Source: Halorhodospira halophila SL1
Lineage (GTDB): Bacteria > Pseudomonadota > Gammaproteobacteria > Nitrococcales > Halorhodospiraceae
Length of the DNA stretch: 32,000 bases
Direction of reading: 5' to 3'
Assembly (NCBI RefSeq): GCF_000015585.1
Contig: NC_008789.1
Location: 540,001-572,000, forward strand
The stretch's first letter is position 1, and every line of letters begins with the position of its first letter. The notes below the pieces were generated by a model, which was not told the origin of the DNA, did not search any database, and saw only the letters and a list, made by a program, of their open reading frames with translations. This document shows positions 26,319 through 32,000 of the stretch, piece after piece. The translations under genes were made by a program, and so were the position numbers.

Positions 26319-28105
26319 CAGCCCTTGCGCTTGTCGTCTTCGTCGAGCCAGGCCTTGACGGCGTTGGCCGCCAGCTCCGGCTCGTTCTCGACGAGCTCGA
26401 GCACCGCCTGGAGCTTGGCCTCGTAGGGGCGCTCGCGCATGTCGCTGAGCTGCTCGCCGCTGATCCCCGCCAGCTGCAGGGCAGCCTCGCCCTCCTGCCC
26501 GCGCCCGGGGCTGGCCAGGCTCTCGCCGGCCGGGCGCTCCAGGCCCTCGGTCTCGGCGCCACCGGACTCTTCATCCAACTCGTCCTCTCCACCGAGCATG
26601 CGGTTGACGATCGGCCGGATCGCGACGATGTAGATCAGCAGGCCGATGGCAGCAAACACCGCCAGGCGGATCAAGTCGCGCACCCACTCCTGCTCCCAGA
26701 CCTCTTCCGGCGGATCCGGCGGCTCGACGATCTCGGCGAAGGGTACGGTAGCCACGCTCACCGCATCGCCGCGATCGGCATCGTAGCCGACGGCGTCCTG
26801 GACCAGGTTCTCCAGGGTCTGGATCTCTTCGTCGGAGAGGGCCTCGCGGACCACCTCGCCGTCCTCGTTCTGGACGTAGCGGTGATCGACCAGGACACCG
26901 ACGGTCAGCCGATCGATGACACCGATGGCCGGCTGGACCTCACTGAGGGTCCGCCCCACCTCCCAGTTGCGAGTCTCGTCGGAGCTGAACGGCGTCCCAC
27001 CACCGCCCTCAAGCTCCTCGCCGTCGAGGGTCCCCGGCCCCGGGGGCTGATTGGTCAGGGCACCGGGGATGCCGATGGGCCACTGCCCGCCCCCGCCGCT
27101 GCGCTCGCTCATCTGCTCGCTGCGGATAGCGCTGCTCTCCGGGTCGAAGAGCTCCTCGATCTGGCGGCGCTCGTCGAAATTGAGCCGGGCGCTGACCTGG
27201 GCCCGGACCCGGTCCGGGCCGATGATTGGCTCGACCATGTCCTCGACCCGGCGCTGGATGCGCTCCTCAAGCCGCCGGGTCAGTTCGAACTGCTGCGCCG
27301 AGCGCGTCGCCTCGGTGGGCTCGTCCTCGGCGGTGAGCAGGCGCCCGCGGTGGTCAACCACGCTGACGTTACCGTGCTCCAGGTCGGAGACGGCGCTGGC
27401 CACCAGGTGGATGATGCCCTCGACCTGGCGGTCCGGGAGCTGGCGATCCTGATCCAGCTCGAGGACCACCGACGCCTTGGCATCGCGGCGGTCGCGGACG
27501 AAGACCGACTCCTGAGGGTCGTCCAGGTGCACCCGGGCACTGACCACCCCGCGCAGGGTCTCGATGGAACGGGCCAGTTCGGTCTCCAGCGCTCGATCGA
27601 AGCGGGCGTGCTCCATGAACTCGCTGACGCCGAAGCCGGGATCGTCCTCGAGCATCTCGTAGCCGAAACCGCTCCCCCGGGGCAGCCCCTCGGAGGCGAG
27701 GAAGATGCGTGCCCGGTGGACGGCGTTCTCGGGGACCTTGATGTCCCCGGTGCGCTCGTCGAACTCGACGCGCACCCCTTGCTCCTCAAGGGCGTTGATG
27801 ACTTCGGCGGCATCGTCGGAGGAGAGGTCGGCGTAGAGCGTACGCAGCTCGGCGGGTTCCTGCGCCCAGAAGAAGATCGCCACACCCAGTCCGGCCACGG
27901 CCAGCAGCCCGGCCCCGAGGCCGAGCTTGCGCAGCGGGTTGTCGCCGAGGACGCGGGTCAGCTGCTCGCGCCAGTCCTCGGGCACGAACCGGCCGACGCC
28001 GGCAAATCCGCCGCCCTCGGTTCCGGCTCCACCCTGGCCGCCGCTATCGAGCGGCGACGGCGGCGAGGAGCCGCTCGATTCGGTCATGGCCTGGCTATCC
28101 GCCAT
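26318..28105 (-). CDS. fliF: Flagellar MS-ring protein FliF
   Basis: 595 aa. It has an N-terminal TM segment, periplasmic ring-building motifs (ARVHLDDPQESVFVRD, RLTVGVLVD) and a C-terminal TM segment followed by the FliG-binding tail. Confidence 0.95.
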   Translation of the reverse strand: MADSQAMTESSGSSPPSPLDSGGQGGAGTEGGGFAGVGRFVPEDWREQLTRVLGDNPLRKLGLGAGLLAVAGLGVAIFFWAQEPAELRTLYADLSSDDAAEVINALEEQGVRVEFDERTGDIKVPENAVHRARIFLASEGLPRGSGFGYEMLEDDPGFGVSEFMEHARFDRALETELARSIETLRGVVSARVHLDDPQESVFVRDRRDAKASVVLELDQDRQLPDRQVEGIIHLVASAVSDLEHGNVSVVDHRGRLLTAEDEPTEATRSAQQFELTRRLEERIQRRVEDMVEPIIGPDRVRAQVSARLNFDERRQIEELFDPESSAIRSEQMSERSGGGGQWPIGIPGALTNQPPGPGTLDGEELEGGGGTPFSSDETRNWEVGRTLSEVQPAIGVIDRLTVGVLVDHRYVQNEDGEVVREALSDEEIQTLENLVQDAVGYDADRGDAVSVATVPFAEIVEPPDPPEEVWEQEWVRDLIRLAVFAAIGLLIYIVAIRPIVNRMLGGEDELDEESGGAETEGLERPAGESLASPGRGQEGEAALQLAGISGEQLSDMRERPYEAKLQAVLELVENEPELAANAVKAWLDEDDKRKG

Positions 28106-28121
28106 GGCGACCCCTCACGCG

Positions 28122-28433
28122 TTACACCTGCATGTTGGCGATTTCCTGGTAGGCCTCCAGGAGCTGGTTGCGGACCTCCTTCATGGCCTCGAAGGAGACA
28201 TCGGCCTTCTGCACGGACATCATGACGTCGGTGAGCTGAACATCCTCGCCGTTCATGAAGGCATCGGTCATGCCCTTGGCGTCCACCTGATTGTCATTGA
28301 CCTGCTCGACCGCCTGGCGCAGGAGATCCGAGAACTCCTCCACCGGCGGGCTGTCCTGCTGCGGCTGCTGCACCGGCTGCCCGCCAATGGCGCGCATCTC
28401 GGCCAGGGCCTGTTCGATCCGAAAATCCGACAT
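28122..28433 (-). CDS. fliE: Flagellar hook-basal body protein FliE
   Basis: 103 aa. FSDLLRQAVEQVNDNQ...MSVQKADVSFEAMKEVRNQLLEAYQEIANMQV is a typical FliE sequence and C-terminus. Confidence 0.9.
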   Translation of the reverse strand: MSDFRIEQALAEMRAIGGQPVQQPQQDSPPVEEFSDLLRQAVEQVNDNQVDAKGMTDAFMNGEDVQLTDVMMSVQKADVSFEAMKEVRNQLLEAYQEIANMQV

Positions 28434-28442
28434 GGTGCGACC

Positions 28443-29873
28443 TCAGTTGCCGTAGGCGTAGAGCATCCCGGAGCGCTCCGGGATCTCGACGCCTTCCTGA
28501 CGCATGCGCGCCAGCTTGTAGCGCAGGGTGCGACTGCTGATGCCCAGCCGCGCTGCGGCCTCCTTGCGGTTGCCGCCGACCCGGTCCAGCGTCTCGAGGA
28601 TGCGGCGGTACTCGCGACTCTTGAGGTCCTCCTCCAGCGTCGCCGCGGCCTCCGGCCCCGCAGCGGCACCGGGGCCAACGGCGGGACCGGGCGCGCCCTC
28701 CGGCGCAGCGGGGCCGGCGGCGGGGGCACTCGGAGCCACCGGCTCGGACGCGGCACCGGCACTGACGGTGACCGGCTCAAAGCGGATCGCCTCAGCGTCG
28801 ATGGCACTGCCTTCGGCGAGGATCAGCGCACGCTGCACGACGTTCTCCAGCTCGCGGACATTGCCCGGCCACGAGTGCTGGATGAGCAGTCGCTCCGCCT
28901 CGGGGGTAAAGTCTGCGCCGCAGCCGCCGCCAAGCTGGGCGTACTTGTGAGCAAAGGAGCGTGCCAACGGGATGATGTCCGCGGCACGCTCGCGCAGAGG
29001 CGGCAAATGGATCGGGAAGACGTGCAGCCGGTAGAAGAGATCCTCGCGGAAGCGCCCGTTGCGCACGGCCTCGCGCAGGTCGCGGTTACTGCTGGCGAGG
29101 ACACGGACGTCGAGCGGGATCGGCGTCTGTCCGCAGAGGCGCTCGATCTCCTTCTCCTGCAGGGCGCGGAGGAGCTTGGCCTGCAGGCCCGGCTCGATCT
29201 CGGAGACCTCATCGAGCAGCAGGGTGCCGCCCTGGGCCTGCTCGAATTTGCCGGCGTGGGCGCGGTTGGCGCCGGTGAAGGCGCCCTTCTCGAAACCGAA
29301 GAGCAGCGCCTCAAGCATGTTCTCGGGGATCGCCGCGCAGTTGACGGCGATGAACGGGCCGTCGGCACGGGGCGAGCGATCGTGGATGTAGCGGGCGAAG
29401 ATCTCCTTGCCGGTCCCGGACTCGCCGGTCAGCAGGACGGTCACGTCCTTGCCGGCCACCCGCTGCGCCAGCGCCATCAGCTGCCGGCTGCTGCGATCCT
29501 CGGCCACCAGCTCGGGACCGGCATCGGTGACCCGGGCCACGGCGGCGGCGAGTTCACCAGCCGGGGCGTCCTCGGCGACGTAGTCGGCCGCCCCGTCGCG
29601 CATGGCAGCGACGGCACCACTGACCTCGGCACGGGCGGAGATGACGATCACCGGCGGGGCCATGGGATGGCGGGTGAGCACCCGCCAGTTGTCCCCCTCG
29701 CTGCCCTCCTCGAAGCAGACGACGGCAGCGATCCCCCCCTGCTCCAGGAGTTCGTGGGCGGAGCCGCTGTCTTCCGCCTCGGCTGTCACGAACCCGGCGT
29801 CGTCCAGGCGCCGCCGCTGCTCGCTGCGGCGGCCCGGCTCGCGGGCCACCACGAGCACGCGTTGCTGACCCAT
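28443..29873 (-). CDS. fleR: Sigma54-dependent flagellar activator of the FleR/FlrC type with a degenerate (pseudo-)receiver domain
   Basis: 476 aa from ATG 29873, with GAGGGGGA about 8 nt upstream. The AAA+ core has [14 protein letters not shown] and ...[10 protein letters not shown]. The C-terminal HTH reads [21 protein letters not shown]. The ORF-track start at 30059 adds 62 implausible residues that would overlap the promoter. Confidence 0.85.
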   Translation of the reverse strand: MGQQRVLVVAREPGRRSEQRRRLDDAGFVTAEAEDSGSAHELLEQGGIAAVVCFEEGSEGDNWRVLTRHPMAPPVIVISARAEVSGAVAAMRDGAADYVAEDAPAGELAAAVARVTDAGPELVAEDRSSRQLMALAQRVAGKDVTVLLTGESGTGKEIFARYIHDRSPRADGPFIAVNCAAIPENMLEALLFGFEKGAFTGANRAHAGKFEQAQGGTLLLDEVSEIEPGLQAKLLRALQEKEIERLCGQTPIPLDVRVLASSNRDLREAVRNGRFREDLFYRLHVFPIHLPPLRERAADIIPLARSFAHKYAQLGGGCGADFTPEAERLLIQHSWPGNVRELENVVQRALILAEGSAIDAEAIRFEPVTVSAGAASEPVAPSAPAAGPAAPEGAPGPAVGPGAAAGPEAAATLEEDLKSREYRRILETLDRVGGNRKEAAARLGISSRTLRYKLARMRQEGVEIPERSGMLYAYGN

Positions 29874-29935
29874 ATGGATTGTCCCCCTCAGCGCAAATCC
29901 GTGCCGCGGCATTGCCCCGCGGCGGCCCCAACTTT

Positions 29936-29951
29936 TGCAAGGGCCATGCCA
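29936..29951 (-). promoter_or_regulatory. Sigma54 (-24/-12) promoter upstream of the fleR-like gene
   Basis: The minus strand reads TGGCAT-GGCCC-TTGCA against the consensus TGGCAC-N5-TTGCA, with correct GG/GC spacing. It lies about 60 nt upstream of ATG 29873. Confidence 0.6.
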
Positions 29952-30052
29952 GAAGCGGCCTGATGGGCTAAGCGTCGGATTCCGCCCGGCCGGCGAGGCG
30001 CTGCCGCTGCGGCGGACGGGAGTGGCAGTCAAAGTTCTGTCGACCGGCCAAG

Positions 30053-30098
30053 GCGGCAACCGTTTGCCGCTTGACGGTTCGCTCTTGCCGCATGCGGC
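30053..30098 (-). repeat. Related GCGGCAA/TTGCCGC hairpin plus a 12-nt palindrome just downstream of fleQ
   Basis: GCGGCAA-CCGT-TTGCCGC lies at 30053-30070 and the palindrome GCCGCATGCGGC at 30087-30098. The octamer CTCTTGCC (30082-30089) also occurs at 13505-13512. There is no U-tract, so it is not a classical terminator. Confidence 0.3.
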
Positions 30099-30112
30099 CC
30101 GCCCGTGCCGCC

Positions 30113-31513
<1,401 letters not shown>

Positions 31514-31554
31514 CGCACCCCTCCGATGCCGGAACACCTATCTGAGAAAGGGGG

Positions 31555-31583
31555 AGTTTACGCGGGCCACGCGGGGGCGTCAA
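31555..31583 (-). promoter_or_regulatory. Sigma70-type promoter candidate for fleQ
   Basis: The minus strand reads TTGACG-N17-TAAACT (-35 at 31583-31578, -10 at 31560-31555). This lies about 35-40 nt upstream of the TTG start. A TGTGA half-site sits just upstream. Confidence 0.45.
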
Positions 31584-31614
31584 AAAATCGTCACACTCGG
31601 CGGCAAGGAATTGC

Positions 31615-31962
31615 CTAGTCGGAATAACGCGAGTAGGCGTCGCGGGCCTCGCGCTGGTGGTGTTCATCGCGGGACGCGGCGCCAAGGCGATCCCGCTCGG
31701 CCTCCATCCAGGCTCGGACGGCCCGATCGCACTCCAGGGATTCGGCGAGGGCCTGACGAGCCAGATCGGCGCCGGGGTGGTTCGGGTCCTCGGGCAGCTG
31801 CCGGGCCTGCTTCTCGCGCAGTCCGTTGCGCTCCATGACCCCGTCCCAGTCGCCGGCTTCGGCGCAGCGGCGCATCTGCCGGGACAGCTCGCGGAGGCGC
31901 CGAGCGGTCACGGCCACCGCCGCCCGCTCCTCGCCGCCTCCGGAGCCCTCGCCGCCGGCCAC
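31615..31962 (-). CDS. fliT: FliT-like flagellar chaperone
   Basis: 115 aa with a GTG start and an AGGAGG SD 7 nt upstream. The pattern LRELSRQMRRCAEAGDWDGVMERNGLREKQARQL fits the FliT signature (L..S..M..A..G.WD.......R). Its position just upstream of fleQ matches fliS-fliT-fleQ synteny. Confidence 0.5.
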   Translation of the reverse strand: MAGGEGSGGGEERAAVAVTARRLRELSRQMRRCAEAGDWDGVMERNGLREKQARQLPEDPNHPGADLARQALAESLECDRAVRAWMEAERDRLGAASRDEHHQREARDAYSRYSD

Positions 31963-31974
31963 GGCTGCGCCTCC

Positions 31975-32000
31975 TACTCGCCGCGGGCGGCGGCCGCCGC
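31975..32000 (-). CDS. Last 8 codons of an upstream minus-strand gene (fliS by synteny only)
   Basis: An open frame ...AAAAARGE ends at TAG (31977-31975), 12 nt before the fliT-like start. It is too short to identify. Confidence 0.2.

Noticed and set aside
28468-28481. A perfect 14-nt palindrome CCGGAGCGCTCCGG near the fleR-like stop, considered as a terminator or as an operator for fliE.
   Set aside because: It lies inside the coding region (…IPERSGM…), has no T-tract, and is a short GC palindrome of a kind expected by chance in this composition.
29874-30059. N-terminal extensions proposed by the ORF track. These are 28443-30059 (fleR-like), 16912-17136 (OMP), 19294-19677 (ATPase), 22451-22498 (fliK), 31514-31537 (fleQ) and 13393-13398 (fliQ).
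   Set aside because: The extensions start at GTG or TTG codons without an SD. They encode Arg/Pro-rich junk, overlap promoters or the upstream gene, and are followed by internal starts with strong SD sequences at which the conserved protein (or signal peptide) begins.

Overview
The window is very GC-rich gammaproteobacterial DNA. The gene order is that of a polar-flagellum system as in Vibrio or Pseudomonas, and the acidic, Ala/Pro/Gly-rich inserts suggest a halophilic Ectothiorhodospiraceae-type host (a guess). Almost the whole window is one minus-strand flagellar and chemotaxis supercluster. Read in the direction of transcription it runs: (fliS?)-fliT-like, fleQ/flrA, a fleR/flrC-like sigma54 activator, fliEFGHIJ, fliK, then an insertion, then fliLMNOPQR-flhB-flhA-flhF-flhG-fliA-cheY-cheZ-cheA-cheB-parC and the start of a parP-like gene. 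The only plus-strand genes are a 4-gene metal (Zn-type) uptake module between fliL and fliK: a His-rich outer-membrane barrel, a ZnuA-like binding protein, an ATPase and a permease. I saw no rRNA, tRNA, CRISPR, transposase, integrase or obvious defence system. The many long plus-strand ORFs antisense to flagellar genes are high-GC artefacts. Points worth a second look: (1) flhA is cut by one in-frame TAG in its linker. (2) The FleR/FlrC-like activator has a degenerate receiver (no phospho-acceptor Asp, no conserved Lys) and there is no FleS/FlrB kinase gene next to it. (3) The Zn module breaks fliK-fliL synteny, shares a divergent control region with fliL, and overlaps fliK tail-to-tail. (4) The outer-membrane protein carries a GHSHGHGHGHDHAHG tract while the binding protein lacks a His-rich loop. 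(5) CheA has no recognisable P2 domain, only three short acidic EF(E/D)xLL repeats that resemble the CheZ C-terminal peptide. (6) The fliP-fliQ spacer is unusually long and hairpin-dense, and it shares a sequence core with the region after fleQ. (7) FlhB has NPAH instead of NPTH at its autocleavage site. All promoter and operator calls are motif matches read by eye and remain hypotheses.
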